Shown here piece by piece: positions 49,701 through 63,309 of a stretch of 64,000 nt of DNA. The notes beneath the pieces were generated by a model. The model saw only the letters and a list, made by a program, of their open reading frames with translations. It was not told the origin of the DNA and made no database searches. Position 1 is the first letter of the stretch; each line of letters opens with the position of its first letter. The translations under genes and the position numbers were made by a program. This DNA comes from Paraphysomonas bandaiensis (lineage: Eukaryota > Protista > Chrysophyceae), in assembly GCA_965644295.1 (NCBI GenBank), contig CBFFRP010000123.1, forward strand, positions 248,001 through 312,000, given 5' to 3'.

Positions 49701-51165
49701 CCAGTGATAAGGAAATACTATTGGTAGATAACGTTCCATCAATAGTATGACTAATCAGCAATTAAACACATCCGTAGTTTTTAGTACTTGTCATTATAAG
49801 GTATAAGGTCACTTGATAACCAGACCCACTACTCTTAACTGAATAAAAGCTTCCTCATACTGAGCCATCATCGGTGACATCATCACCACCATATGCTTGC
49901 ACCCGGACACAACTGTGGGTTAGCCTTCAAGAGCAACAGCATATTAAGTGTAGTAGAACGCATACGTTTGCGCAACACTGAAGAGGCGTTCACATGTATT
50001 GGACGTACATACGTACATACTACATGACTCGTGTACCTGTACTTAGATATTTCAGCTTTCCATCTCTTAAATTTTTGAGCTGATTGAAGAATTTTCTCCG
50101 CTTATCCAACTTCGGCTTCATCATCCTCTGTATTGTTGCAATAATCACTGTCTGAAGCAGGGATAGGGAACAATATATTGCAATATTATTGTTAGATAGC
50201 GTTCCATCAATAGTATTGATGGATTTTTTAAACCGGTCCTACAATACAATTACAATATATTGCAATATATTGTCAATGTATTGCGATATATTAGTTTGAC
50301 TAATCAGTAGGTAAACACATCCGTAGATTTCATTTTTAGTATTAGTCATTAAGATCACATGACAACCAAACCAACTGCTGCTTATAGCTACTAAAAATCC
50401 ACCTCGTCCTCATCCTCAGAGTCATCATCGGTGAGGTCAACATCACCATATTCATCCACAGAATTAATTGAAATATGCTAGTATCCGGCCATAACTTCCG
50501 AATAGCTTTCTAAAACAACAGCATATTAAGTAGGATGGATACTTTTGCGCAACACTGATATAATATGTTTAGCTGTGCTGAACAGACGTTCCCATGTATT
50601 GGAAGTACATACCAAGGCCAGGCAACCGTTAATGACTCGTGGATCTGTACGTTTCTTAATTTTTTGAGCTGACTGAAGATTTTTAGTCGCATAGTCAACA
50701 TCAGCTTCATTATCCTTTGTAATGTTGTAATCAATTTCTCGGTTATTTATATCCATTTTGCACCCTACAGTTGAGAATCTTCTCTTATATGACTATCATA
50801 ATATTGATTGCAATATATTGCAATAGTATTGTGAGCTCTTTTAGCAGAAACACTATTGATGGAATATTTGACCAGTCCACCAATCAATATATTTTACAAT
50901 ACATTGCAATATATTGTACAATGTATTGCAATACAATATATTGTTCCCTATCCCTGGTCTGAAGGGAGATGGACATGTTTTTTTACCCTACAGTTTATAT
51001 ACATGGACATATATTTTTTACCCTACAGTTAAGAATCTTTCTGTATATGACTATCATAATATTGATTGCAATATATTGTGAGATACTTTAACAGAAACAA
51101 TATTGATGGAATATTTGACCAGTCCACCAATCAATATATTTTACAATATATTGTTCCTATCCCTG
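49701..51165 (-). mobile_element. Older hAT family C element inserted in repeat X
   Basis: Degenerate left TIR CAGTGATAAGGAA, right TIR TTGTTCCTATCCCTG; TSD GGCAGAAC/GGCAAAAC; internal homology to the nested copy. Confidence 0.7.
50158..50956 (-). mobile_element. Younger hAT family C element (799 bp) nested in its own family
   Basis: TIRs CAGGGATAGGGAACAATATATTG / CAATATATTGTTCCCTATCCCTG; perfect TSD GTCTGAAG; relic CTSNTWERLFSTAKHIISVLRKSIHP. Confidence 0.92.
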
Positions 51166-51440
51166 GGCAAAACAATATCTGCTGTCTATGTTTGCGGCTC
51201 AAGTTAGTTTCCGGAGAAATATATCCGGTACTTATCCCCCAGAACACCACGGATAGGTGCGAGTCCGACTTTGTTGAGGGCCTCAAACGATTCGTGTTAT
51301 GTAGCATTCGTATCAAACATAAGTGTTCATTACACCGTATGACGAATAACGAATATCTATAACGAATAGCTGAAACAGTTACTAAATTATTACACAATCA
51401 GCTTCCTAGATTTTAGACACTATGGTATATAACATACAAC

Positions 51441-52487
51441 TCAAGAAATACTTTTAATTTTCTTTAACCCATACCACCTTGCAACACAAGCATTGGCGCT
51501 ACGCTCTCCATCCATATGTTCACTAACCTTTTTCCATAGGGCTTTCCCCTTGAGATTAGATGTTTTCGTATATAGCTTAACGGCTTCTTCTAGTCGTTTG
51601 GTTTCCTCTTGTGACCAAGTCACAAAAATTTTCGATATGTGCTCTTCTTTATTAAGAAACCTCCATCTGAATCTACATTGACTGGCTGAACGGGTTTCGT
51701 TCATATACATGGACACTTTGTCCCATTCGACTACCAACTGCTGACTCTCAATTTCCAACTTTCGCACGGCATCTGTTAATTTCTCATCTTCCTCAGGAGT
51801 CCATGGAGCACTCTTGTGTTTTCCCTTTGAAGTAATAAGAAAACGCCACCTGTTATAGCACTGCGCATGTGTCTTCGTATTGTTAAAATATGATGCAGCC
51901 TTATTCCATAATTTCCCGCCATGAGCTCCTTCACGAGAATAGCGCTCTATGACCTTTTCCAGTATTACATCCTCTGCAGGTGTCCACTTTGCCCTGGGGG
52001 GCTTCCCATTGACAAAGTACTGAACACTAGCCACCCAACGTCGACGACACTGATCCCCATTACGGCCTCCAACAAGCTCACTCACTTTTGTCCAGGCTAT
52101 TCTTCCGTCTTTTCCTTCTTCACTGTATTTTTTGACAGCCGCAATAAGCTTGGCGTCCTCCTCGGGTGACCATCGTCCACACTTTAAGCTTTCGTGGTAC
52201 TGATACTTTGTTAGATGTGCCCATCTGTTTGCACATTGTGTGGTGGACCTTCTGTCATCCAAAAACCTAGAAACTTCTTTCCAAGCAATTCTATCTGGTT
52301 TCCCTTTTTTTCCCGGAATAGTAAACGTTTTGACACCTTTAAAAAGGGCTGCATCTTCATCATACGACCATAAGCCCTGTTTAAATCCAGCCGTACAAAA
52401 GTACTTCACATTCGCCCTCCTGTATAGGGTATTGATGTTAATACTCGAGATCAGGAAATTATTGCATGTAATCAACATGCGAAACAT
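51441..52487 (-). CDS. Five-repeat Myb/SANT protein, paralog 2, intronless
   Basis: Five Myb repeats (e.g. WSPEEDAKL...WTKVSELVGGRNGDQCRRRW); N-terminus MFRMLITCNNFLISSININTLYRRANVKYFCT. Confidence 0.85.
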   Translation of the reverse strand: MFRMLITCNNFLISSININTLYRRANVKYFCTAGFKQGLWSYDEDAALFKGVKTFTIPGKKGKPDRIAWKEVSRFLDDRRSTTQCANRWAHLTKYQYHESLKCGRWSPEEDAKLIAAVKKYSEEGKDGRIAWTKVSELVGGRNGDQCRRRWVASVQYFVNGKPPRAKWTPAEDVILEKVIERYSREGAHGGKLWNKAASYFNNTKTHAQCYNRWRFLITSKGKHKSAPWTPEEDEKLTDAVRKLEIESQQLVVEWDKVSMYMNETRSASQCRFRWRFLNKEEHISKIFVTWSQEETKRLEEAVKLYTKTSNLKGKALWKKVSEHMDGERSANACVARWYGLKKIKSIS

Positions 52488-52912
52488 ACTAGAGACACAG
52501 CACTTAATATGCAAAATGATTATTACAGTCAGTAAATAATGAAACCAAAATACTAAATAACAAAAAAGTTAAAGATGTTGACTTTCAATGACGAAGTTAT
52601 TCCATAAGTAAGTTATTCCTTAAGACCCCTAGAGTGTGTATGTATTCTACGCTTCCGTCCATTGAGCAGCAATGCTTACCTGCCAATCACCTTGAGCACT
52701 GACCTGCTGCTGGTGATGTTTGAGAGAAAATGTACCTGTAGGTACTGTATATGACTATCGGTACTACAGTACATCTGTGTACTTGTGTATCTATGATGCT
52801 GTAGTATACAGCATCATGACGTCTTTAACATTGACAGGATAGCTATGTATGTATGTACGTATATATAGGCATTGACTTAAGATTCAAGTATAGCCTCATT
52901 AAAACACAAAGA

Positions 52913-54395
52913 ATGGCAAGAATTACTTGTAGTATTATTAATGTATTCCTCATATATATCTTTACAAGTAGTGTATCTGCTTCTAGTAAATATGATGATA
53001 TAATTGAGTTATGTTACCACTACTTGGAAACTAATTTATGTGAGGGGGAAAAATGGGGCCTATCATATCACTTCTATCGCCCTTCCCAAGAAAAATATTC
53101 TCCAGATCAGGTAATATATTCATTTTTTTTTGTAAGGTATTACATCTAATGTGTGTACTGTTAGTGGCTGTGGGACTCAGGCAGTCATATGATTGTATGG
53201 TCACATAAGAATGTGTCAAATTCTGTTGCTGACCTAAGAACTATGCTTCAAATGCAACAAGAAGACGGACGTATACCAGAAGAAATATTTTGGTCCGACC
53301 GGAGTGAGTTGGAAGAAATAGAGTTGCTCTTGATGTACTCCAACACTAAATTTACAGGTATGCAGCTATGTTGTCCAGTCTTATCTTGCGATTAATATAC
53401 ATACAGATATCACGCAGATGCCGGTTCTTCCTTATTCTCTGCGAGCGATATATGCGGCGTCGAAGGACAAGTCTGTTCTATCGGAGTTTTTATATCCCCT
53501 TGTGAGATACTTCCACTGGTGGCGAAACACAAGGGACAGTGGAGACGGCCTTGTAACTGCTATTCACAACTGGGAGACTGGTCTAGATGCATCTCCAGCT
53601 TACGATCCGGCCTACCATGTGTACATTACTGATGTTAATGCCACTAGCAAGCATCAGTTATACCCGAAGTTCATTGAAGTCGTGGAGTCATACAAATTCC
53701 TCTATCACTGGAACGTTACAGAAATTATGGCACGCGAAACAGCTCCATCGCGCCCTGAGAGAATAGATACGTGGTTTAAAGTAAAGGACCTAGCCCTAAA
53801 TTGCATATATGCTGCTGGATGGAGAGTACTTGCCGATCTAGCTCTCGAATTAGGTGACACGGAAACTCACATGGACTGCAAATATCAAGCGGACATGTCC
53901 TCGTCCGCCATCCATCAGCTCATGTGGAATGATGATCAAGAGGGATATCAAACAGTGTATACAGACTGGGATGGTGTGGATCGACTATCATCTGCGAACA
54001 CCATCCAGAATTTATTTCCCTTACTTCTGCTTGATACCCCTCGGGAGCGCCTTGACCTTATACTGGCCCAACTGAAGGACCCTTTGAAGTTTAATTCTCC
54101 ATTCTCTGTACCGACAGTGGCATTGGATGATCCACAGTTTTGCCCGACATTTGAAGCGGATCTTATGTGGCGTGGGCCAGTCTGGGGCTTCACGAATTGG
54201 TTTATTCTCGAGGGATTGGGGATTCATGGGGAATTGGAATTGCAGGAAAGCATTCTGAACAAGTGGGTGGATTTGGTACGCCTATCAGGTATTTATGAGA
54301 TGTACAATCCTCTCACTGGAGAACCATATGGATCGGAGGGATTGGGTATGAGCACATTGGTATGTGACTGGATATATAGATACGGATGGAACTAA
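52913..54395 (+). CDS. Secreted (alpha/alpha)6 glycoside hydrolase, GH63/MGH1-like, 3 exons
   Basis: Signal peptide; PSQEKYSPDQ|WLWDS, QQEDGRIP, TQMP, HNWETGLDASP, MWRGPVW, YEMYNPLTGEPYG. Confidence 0.8.
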
Positions 54396-54760
54396 ATGGC
54401 CAATATATCCTTATCTGGTAATCTATGTTTTATGTATGTGAGTGAAATACAAGCCATGTTTTTGTGCGCAATGATTGTAATAATTTATGAAATTTATCTG
54501 GCACTTCTCGTGTAGATATAGATTATAGATGTCTAGAATTTGACTGCAATACCATACTTTCATATTGAACCATTCAACGGTACGAAAAATAATAGTATAA
54601 ACACGTAAACTACTCTCAACATAAATGAATAAATGTTATTAAAATATCATAGAATGTGTTCAACAACAAGAGTAATAAATTCAAGTAAGCAACTAAAACG
54701 GGTGTAAGAATAAAGGTATAATACGACTAAAATCTATGACCTACACTACTCACAATATAA

Positions 54761-56085
54761 TCATAGTGTACAGAGATAAAAACTATCTACAAGCGCTGCA
54801 GATGCTAATGATATTCGGCTAGAAATGAAAGAGACAGCATCTGCATCCCCGTACTCGTTACACCTGGATGTAGCTAGCTGAATTTTTTGAGAATCCCCAA
54901 CGGGCATCATACCTATAATTCTTCGTGTACTATCCATAACGTAAGCAACTGCAAACTCGACGATTTCTTTGCAGTGCAATAATGTCACATCATCCGAAAC
55001 AACACTTGTGCTTATGCCTTCATAAACCAGTGAAGTGACCACACTGAGTTTTGTATTCATTCCACTGTAGCCATGTTCATCTCCGTCTACTTCTACACCT
55101 GTGTCCACTACAGCTGGGTAAAGGGTGGAAAACAAATTAACCCGACTACCCAAACCTCTTACAGCTACACCAAATAATCGTACGTATAGCTGCAGTTCTT
55201 CTGATACTCGAATCTCTGAAACTTCTTCGGACGAACCCGTATTCAACAACTGTAGCCATAACATTCGAACATCATCGAGTAATAGAGCGGCAGTATTTCT
55301 TGACAAAGCTATCATGCTGAGGTTACTGACAGCAAACGCTTGAAATATTGCTTCGCTCCCACCAGAAGATATCGCATTACATAACAAGGAGTGCTCAATA
55401 CATTCGTGGTAGTTAAAATACTCCCACTGCAATGATACCATGCCATTTGGACGGATTAAATAATACGTGTGTGTGGGAATTCTAAAGCTGCAAAAATTAG
55501 TACCATTGATACTTCCCGAGACAATACTGTAGCTAGCCACAGCAACCAGATAACATTCATAGCAAAAAAATCGTGATATAGGGGAAGTAAATGTAGAGTA
55601 CGTGACAGTCATCCAAGTTGAGTATAAATTGCGGATTGCCATCAATGTTTTCAATGCATTCATCTTTTCTGAATTTGATGGTTGACTTGTTCCAATCGCG
55701 GGTGACACCCAAGTAGCATTCAGGTCATATAACTCTACTAAACCATCAAAATTCTTTTGAGACAGGTAATCTTGAAGTCTGATTACAACCTCCCTGGCGT
55801 AATAGCTATCACTCGTTCTAACAGATTTTGATATATCGGCTGTGGTCCCAAGATAATGTAAGAAATAAAACACACCAATTACTACACCTGATAGATATGA
55901 ATGATATGTATTAACGCTTAATAGATAGTTAGTTATATATACATACCAAACAGTGTGAGTATGATACACATATCTTCAAAACAACACAGACATGTCGCAC
56001 GTGGCGGGTGGTATACTTGATTAGGGGATTCATCATCAGATATTGTGGTGTAGTTATGACGATCTAATGGTTGATTATGATTCAT
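54761..56085 (-). CDS. Type II membrane protein with SnoaL/NTF2-like luminal domain(s), 2 exons
   Basis: ATG 56085; TM CIILTLFG|VVIGVFYFLHYL; KNFDGLVELYDLNATWVSP...NGMVSLQWEYFN is SnoaL-like. Confidence 0.55.
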
Positions 56086-56689
56086 TGTTTATTCTTCTGT
56101 TGGATGATTTCATCATAGCCGTATATTCGATAGTGTATCCTCTAGAGAACTAAACCCTATATATACTATGAGCGATTGATATGTACAGGAGTATCTCCAT
56201 TTACGTGTCATATGAGCACAGGAGGTAGCTACAGGAATGGAGGAAAGTTCTTCTACAGGATCTTCTTCAATCATGGACAAATGAGTTTTTTGGTAGCATA
56301 AAACCATGATTTTTAAGAAAATTTGAAAAGTTCGAGTTTTTGAGTACAACAATGTGCTTCCTACCGCAATCCATGTAAAGTTTTATTAGATTTTCAATTT
56401 TTTCTACACTTCACCAATATAAAAACACCATATTTTGTCAGTCTTTAATCGCTAGAATATCATACATAAAAGACAATTTGAAAGGAATATATATCTTGAA
56501 GAGATTTCAGTGCATAGAATTTCAATTCCTGCAACATATATAGAGGTGGAGTGTGATTGTATAGATAGTAAAAAATCCAAGCATCATAACAGCATTATAC
56601 TGCTGTATATACATATATATTAATGTGCAGTAATAAACTTGGCGAAAGGAGTGTTTTGCCAGTTCATATATACAGTAACGAGTGCTAGG

Positions 56690-59600
56690 ATGGAGGCATT
56701 CGTCCTCAAGACATTGAGGCGTATTAAGAAAGAAGCTCCACGAAGATTTAAAGATCTTCGGAGTATATGTGATGATTTAATAGGTAAGTTAAGTGCATAC
56801 TATCGATATATCACTCAATTAAACTATACAGAAGCTTTGACTGAAAATCAAAAGGTTGGCGGGAGTGATAATGATGCGGATAAGTATTTCGACCCTCTCC
56901 AGGCAGCATGTGAAACACGTCAGCCAAGATTAATGGAAATAGCCTTAGATGCTATTCATTTTTTGATAGGTAACTAAGAGCATATATGCAATTATTATAT
57001 TTATATAATTTGATAATAGAGCATGGTTATTTACGTGGAAGTAAGCGAATTGTGATTGCTGGTAAAACCACTGTGGAGGATGGAGATGTGAAGCCCTCTG
57101 AACGGCGAACTTTGATGGATCTTGTGATCGAGACTGTGGCTAAGTGCTCTGAAGAATTTGACGATGCTGTGCACCTTCAGGTACTATTATCTGGGTTTGC
57201 AGTACATGGATATTTTGTCGTTCTTATTACAATAGCTGCACTAATATTAAATTTCTTTCAACTTTACCACTGTGCAGGTCATAAAGACACTCCTAATGGC
57301 TGTAACTTCACAAAATTGCCAAGTACACGAAGCAAGTTTACTTTTGGCTGTGCGTTCTTGTTTTCACATTCACTTGATCACGAAGAGTCAAGTCAATCGT
57401 ACCACTGCCAAAGCTGCTCTCACTCAAATGCTGAGTGTGGTATTCATTCGAATGGAGTCGTTTGATGCACGTGCAAAATTAGAAACTGAGGCTGCCCTCG
57501 CTGCTCTCGGAAAGGAAAATGAAGAAGATAGCGAAAATGCGTAAGTAGCCGTGTTTTGTGCCTGAATAAGCTGGTTACTTGGTTTGTTGTATATTCTGCA
57601 GCCCCTCTGTGCCATGTGGGGAGTCCATGTTTCCTGAGGTATATGGTAGTTTGGGTTACAAACCCTCCGGCGGGGCCCCAACTCCCTTTGCAGGGTTTGA
57701 TTCTGCTGCCGCCACCATAGGACACGTTTTCCCATCTATCTTACACAAAGATGCTTTTCTAATATTCCGTGCACTGTGTAAGCTCTCGATGAAGGGGCTC
57801 CAAGATGATACCGGGCCACAGGCGGACCCAATCGCCTTGCAGAACAAGTGCGTTTAATATTCAGTCAGGCACTGTGCTTAACTTCTTCTGTGTCTCTAGG
57901 ATTCTATCATTGGAACTAATTCTACATATCCTGCGGCGTAGTGGTCCTGCTTTCAAATCTGGAGACAAGTTCATCTTCGCCATACGACAGTACCTGTGCG
58001 TTTCACTCCTCGGAAACTGCACCTCACAGATTGCGCAAGTGACAGGTCTGTCTCTTGCAGTGTTCGTAGCCCTACTAGATGGCTTCAAAGACCACCTCAA
58101 GGCAGAGCTGGAGGTTTTCATAACCAACATATTCCTGCGCATTTTAGAAAGTGAGAATAGTACATTTGACCATAAGAGCAAAGTATTGGAAGTATTTCAC
58201 AACATCTGCCGGGACCCGGGAGCACAGGTCGAGCTGTTTATAAACTATGACTGCGACTTTGAGGCGATTGATTTATTCCGTCGCATTGTGGATGCGTTTT
58301 CTAAGATTGCCAAGGTACAGTGCTGATTCTGACTGCATTTTTTCTATTAATTTTTTTAATGTATTATTTCAATCAGAACCCGACATTCAGCGGTTCCAGG
58401 AATTCAGATTTCATGACTTCCAAGAAAAACCTGTCTGAAGACTACATCATACGCTACATGGGACTAGAAGGTCTGGTTATGATCTTGCGATCCCTGGTTA
58501 AGACGGGTGGAGTGCTATTGGAGACAGGAAAGGGAACTCTAGGTGGAGCTAGTGGGGCTGATGTAAGTGGAGGTACGTCGAAGCGAGGCTCTGTTAATGG
58601 CCGTTCCTCTGTACTGGTGGAGGATTCTGAGTCAGTGAACGCCGACTCACTTGATGATGAAGACCTAAGTCGGATAGCCCTCGACGACGGAGAGGAATCC
58701 AAGGAAGGAGGGCAGAAGCTAATGCAGAGCTATGACCGTAAGCAGAAGATACAAGAGGAGATTGAAACAGGGATTCTCAAGTTCAACCTATCTCCAAAGA
58801 AAGGCTTAGCGTATTTAGCCTCTCTTGGACATGTGGAGCACACTCCACAAGGCGTGGCGCGATTTTTCAGGCAGTATGTTGATAAACTGGATAAAACTGC
58901 GATAGGAGACTATTTAGGCAGAGAACGTGAGTACGAGGGAGGCTTTTGTGTGAAAGTCCTACATGAATATGTCGACATGATGGACTTCACCGGGATGCAT
59001 TTCGACGAAGCTATTCGTTTGTTTTTATCAGGGTTCCGCCTGCCAGGTGAGGCGCAAAAAATCGATCGGATGATGGAAAAGTTTGCAGAGAGGTATTATA
59101 TCCAAAATAGAGATGTGTTTGCATCTGCCGATATGGCCTTTATTCTTGCGTTCTCTACGATAATGCTGCAGACAAACCTTCATAATCCGGCCATCCGAGA
59201 TGACAAGAGGATGACGAAGGAGCAGTTTATAAAGCAGAATAAGGGTATATCTTCTGATGGAGAGTTACCTGACAGTATGCTGATTGAGATATACGATCGC
59301 ATCCAAGCAAACCCCATCTCGTTAAATCAGGATGACAAATCGCGCAAAGTAAAAAAGGAAGATGCATCTTTCTCTGTGTTCGCCGTATCACAGGACAAGA
59401 AACGGAAGGATGCTTTTAACGATGAGAGGAAGGAAATGGTTCGCGCTAGTGAGGCTATTTTCAAGCAGAAACTGCGAAGCAAGACTCATAACCGTAGCGT
59501 CTTCGTGAGGTCTGCCCAGTCTGATATGGCTTATGTTCGACCCATGTTTGAGGTAGCCTGGGCACCAATGATTGGTGTGTTTAGTCAGATGCTCGAGATG

Positions 59601-62566
59601 ACAGACGACAGTGACGTGATCGCACTATGTTTGGAGGGGTTTCAGTTAGCAATAAGAATAGCTTGTCGTATGGACGTGTCCACTGCCCGGGACACGTATA
59701 TTAACTCCCTTTCGCGCTTTACTACTCTAGAAACAGTAAAGGAAATGAAACAGAAGCATGTAGATGGTATTAAGATGCTGATCAGTGTTTCTCTCACAGA
59801 CGGGGACTACATGTTTGAGAGCTGGGGGCAAATACTGCGGTGTTTGAGTCAGCTATCTCGTTTACAGCTTTTCGGCAATGGTCTACATTCGGATGACATG
59901 TTTTTCAGTGAGTCTGCCCACGGTGAGAGGCCTAAAGGAGGGAAGCGTGGATCAACGAAAATTTCTGGAGGTGCTTCGCAGCAGGGAAGCATGGACCCAT
60001 TCACAAAACTATTTGCAGGCCCTACCAAAGCTGAGACTTCTCGTCTAATCGAGGAAATGAATGCCGAGCTTGTGATGCGTGAGATTGACCCTGTCTTCAT
60101 AGATCGCATATTTATCAATTCTCAGAACTTGTCCACCGACAGTGTACTGCACTTTGTGAACAACCTATGTGCAGTTAGTCTGGAAGAAATCTCAACCACG
60201 TCTAATATGCTGGGCAGCCTGAAAGGCAAAGAGGTTGCTGGAGATGTTTCTTCCACGCCTAGGGTTTTTAGTCTTCAAAAGTTGGTAGAAGTGGCTGATT
60301 TCAACATGCATAGCAGGCCTCGTATTGCCTGGACTAAGCTATGGAGCGTACTTGCCATGCACTTCACCACTGTAGGGGTGCATGACAATCATGCCCTTGC
60401 CATGTATGCTATCGACTCCCTCAAGCAGCTCTCCATTAAGTTCCTGCAAAAGGCAGAGCTCTCTAACTTCAATTTCCAGCGTTTGTTTTTAAAACCGTTT
60501 GAGATAATCATGAATCGATCTACTTCTACTGAAATCAAAGAACTCATATTGCGGTGCCTTGACATTATGGTTCTTGCATGTGCAAGCAATATTAGATCAG
60601 GGTGGAGGTCAATATTTTCTGTTTTTTCTGCGGCAGCAGGTCATGAAAAGCAAGATATTGCTGGCATAGCTTTCGAGATTACTGAGAGACTGATGACACA
60701 GCAGTTCGATCTTTTAATATTTGACTTCGTGGAGTTAATGAATTGTCTTGTTGCTTTTGTGGCAGGGCCCCACTCTCTTATTTCTCTCTCGGCACTTGCG
60801 CATTTATCGCAGTGTGCTGATCATCTGGCCCAGGGCACAGTGGAGCCCGCGCTTTTTGCCCAGCACTCTTCCTCTGATGCTATGGGAATATCATGGGAAA
60901 AGTCTAAGATGCAACAAATTGGAGAGGATGCAGCAGTGTTTCGTCTTTGGTGGCCGCTTCTGCTCGGCCTCTCTACCCGTGTCTCAGACCCTAGACTCGT
61001 CATCCGTACTCGCGCTGTTGAAACCCTGCATCGTGTGCTGCGCACTTATGGTCACCTTTTCTCCACACAGACCTGGGAAGTGATCTTCAAGGGAGTGCTT
61101 TTTCCTATGGTGGATTCCGCAAAGACAGACAGCACACCTCAACCCCAATCCCTTTGGCCAACTCAAAATCCCGCTCAGTCAAAGGATGCGGCCAGCTGGA
61201 TTGCAACCACGGCGTCTACTGTCTTAAGTGTGTGTTTACAGCTATTCAACCAGTTTTATGAGTCCGGGCTCACCGCTCCTTTAATTTTTGAGCTGATATC
61301 AATGCTAGAAGGCTGCATATCTCAAGACATAGAGAGCCTCTCTCGCATGGGTCTCAATGCACTGAACGAACTCGTACTCACTGTTCCATTACAGGAGGGG
61401 GTGGGAACCCTCCCGACCGATGTTGCCACTCTCGTGTGTAATAGGCTATCCAATATTGGACTAAGTAACTTACGACTAGAATTTGGTGACGCAGGAACGC
61501 TGGTAATAGATGATAAGGCGACGGCAACTGTAAAGCAGATGTTCCACACACGGTCCACGTCGAGAAATCGAAATGAAAGGGGTGGTATCAACAACGATGA
61601 TGAGTCGAATAAGGCTGTCCTTCTGCAGACACCGTACGGGGTTGGCACAGTTGTAGGAAATGTAAGTTTTTTATATTGATCGGTAGTTATATGATGTATT
61701 CTGATGTAGGACGGAGGTGACAAACAATCTATTGTGCTCTCATGGGGAGCTGTCCTCTACTCCTTTGAAACTTTTCCACGCGTAGTGCGTGAAACAGAAG
61801 GATCAATGCTCACGCCCAGGTTAACTAAGGAACAGGCCTGGGCTCAGCTGAGCTCTCGTGCCATGTCCGCTATGGTACTCACACTGGATTACGTTAAGGT
61901 CATGGGTGATATCTTACATACACACTACAACTCATGGTCAATGAGTCACCTTCCAGTGCTTCTTGGAACCCTTCAGTGTTGTTATGACCATGCGCGGTGC
62001 TTCAATGCAGATAATCAGCTCCGTTCCCAGTTACGTGTCAGGAATTTTATGCGCTTTAGAGACAACCCCGCAAGACTCCCCCACCTGCTGGAGCAAGAGA
62101 CACAGTCTGCGGCGCAAATATTAATATTTGGCTTCAAACTGTATGCAGAGGAGGGAACTGGACTAACTGGGGATATGAAGGCTAAGTTGGCTGAACCTAT
62201 ATTAAAGAGGTGTGCTCTTGTTTTTTCACAAATATTACTACCCGCTAATTCTTACTTAGGATAATATTAGCCATTCATGAACGCTTCCTTGAAGTGGATG
62301 AGCAAGCCCTTGGTTCCAGTGACTTTTTTATAACGGAAGAGCTTGCCGCCTTTTCTCCCCCTGTCATGATCGCTCTGAAAGGTATTGCAGAGTTCACCTG
62401 CGATCAGTTCAAGAGAAATATAGATTGGATCTCCAACTTGCTATCGTCTGCGCTACTGTGCAATGACAGGATGGTTAGAGCATGTGTTCAGCTGGTCTAC
62501 GAGAAGCAAGTGAACCCTATTTTAGTGTCTCTGAACTGTAGTGCAGTGGCAGATAGTGGGAAATAA
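56690..62566 (+). CDS. Brefeldin A-inhibited large Arf-GEF (BIG/Sec7 family), multi-exon
   Basis: DCB/HUS motifs (KDAFLIFRALCKLS, LFINYDCD), Sec7 FRLPGEAQKIDRMME, HDS motifs (PRVFSLQKLVEVA, NIRSGW, WWPLLLGL). Confidence 0.92.
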
Positions 62567-62825
62567 TCTTGAAGTATGTGGTGGCTGTAAGTTATCGTTA
62601 GTTATTATAAGAGAATAAGAAACTGTTAGGAATGTAGCTTAAAGTAAAAGTCTATTCACATATCCCATGTATGTCCGATTAATATTTTTGATATAGAAAC
62701 AACGATTTATATAACGATCAGTTCACAAACCCTATATGACTGCATAGCAATGGCTGTGGTGAGCTCAGAGTGGAACCAGAACCCCTGTTGGAATATGTAT
62801 GTTTCTCTAAGATAATACTGTAGAT

Positions 62826-62946
62826 CAGGGCCTGGTAACCATTAATGGCCCATTAATGGTAGTCCAGCTCCCGGCAATTATAATGGCATTAATTAAAAAT
62901 GTCCCGGCAATATAATGGCATTACCATTTATGGTTACCAGGCCCTG
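62826..62946. mobile_element. 121-bp hAT family B MITE
   Basis: TIRs CAGGGCCTGGTAACCAT / ATGGTTACCAGGCCCTG; TSD CTGTAGAT/TTGTAGAT. Confidence 0.9.
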
Positions 62947-63309
62947 TTGTAGATTATGTTAAATAAAATGTGTAAAACAGTAATACGTGGTCAAAGCTAC
63001 TATTATATAGCTATAACTGTATAACTGTGAAGTATTATATATTATATCATGACGATTCAAGATACAGAAGTTGAGTAGTGGTTGACACGAACGAAATATA
63101 TTATCATGTGGTTGACATGTTTTACACACATGACAAACACAATTTTATATGCAATTTAATATAAGAGTATATCCAGTTTAATTACAATAAACTTCTCTTT
63201 TAACTATCGTAATTGTGAAAATGACCAATAGTCAATAACCCCTGTATTCCTTGTGAAAGGAGGGGAATTCATTCCTGTTTAATTGAGTATGGCTTATTTC
63301 TATAACTAG

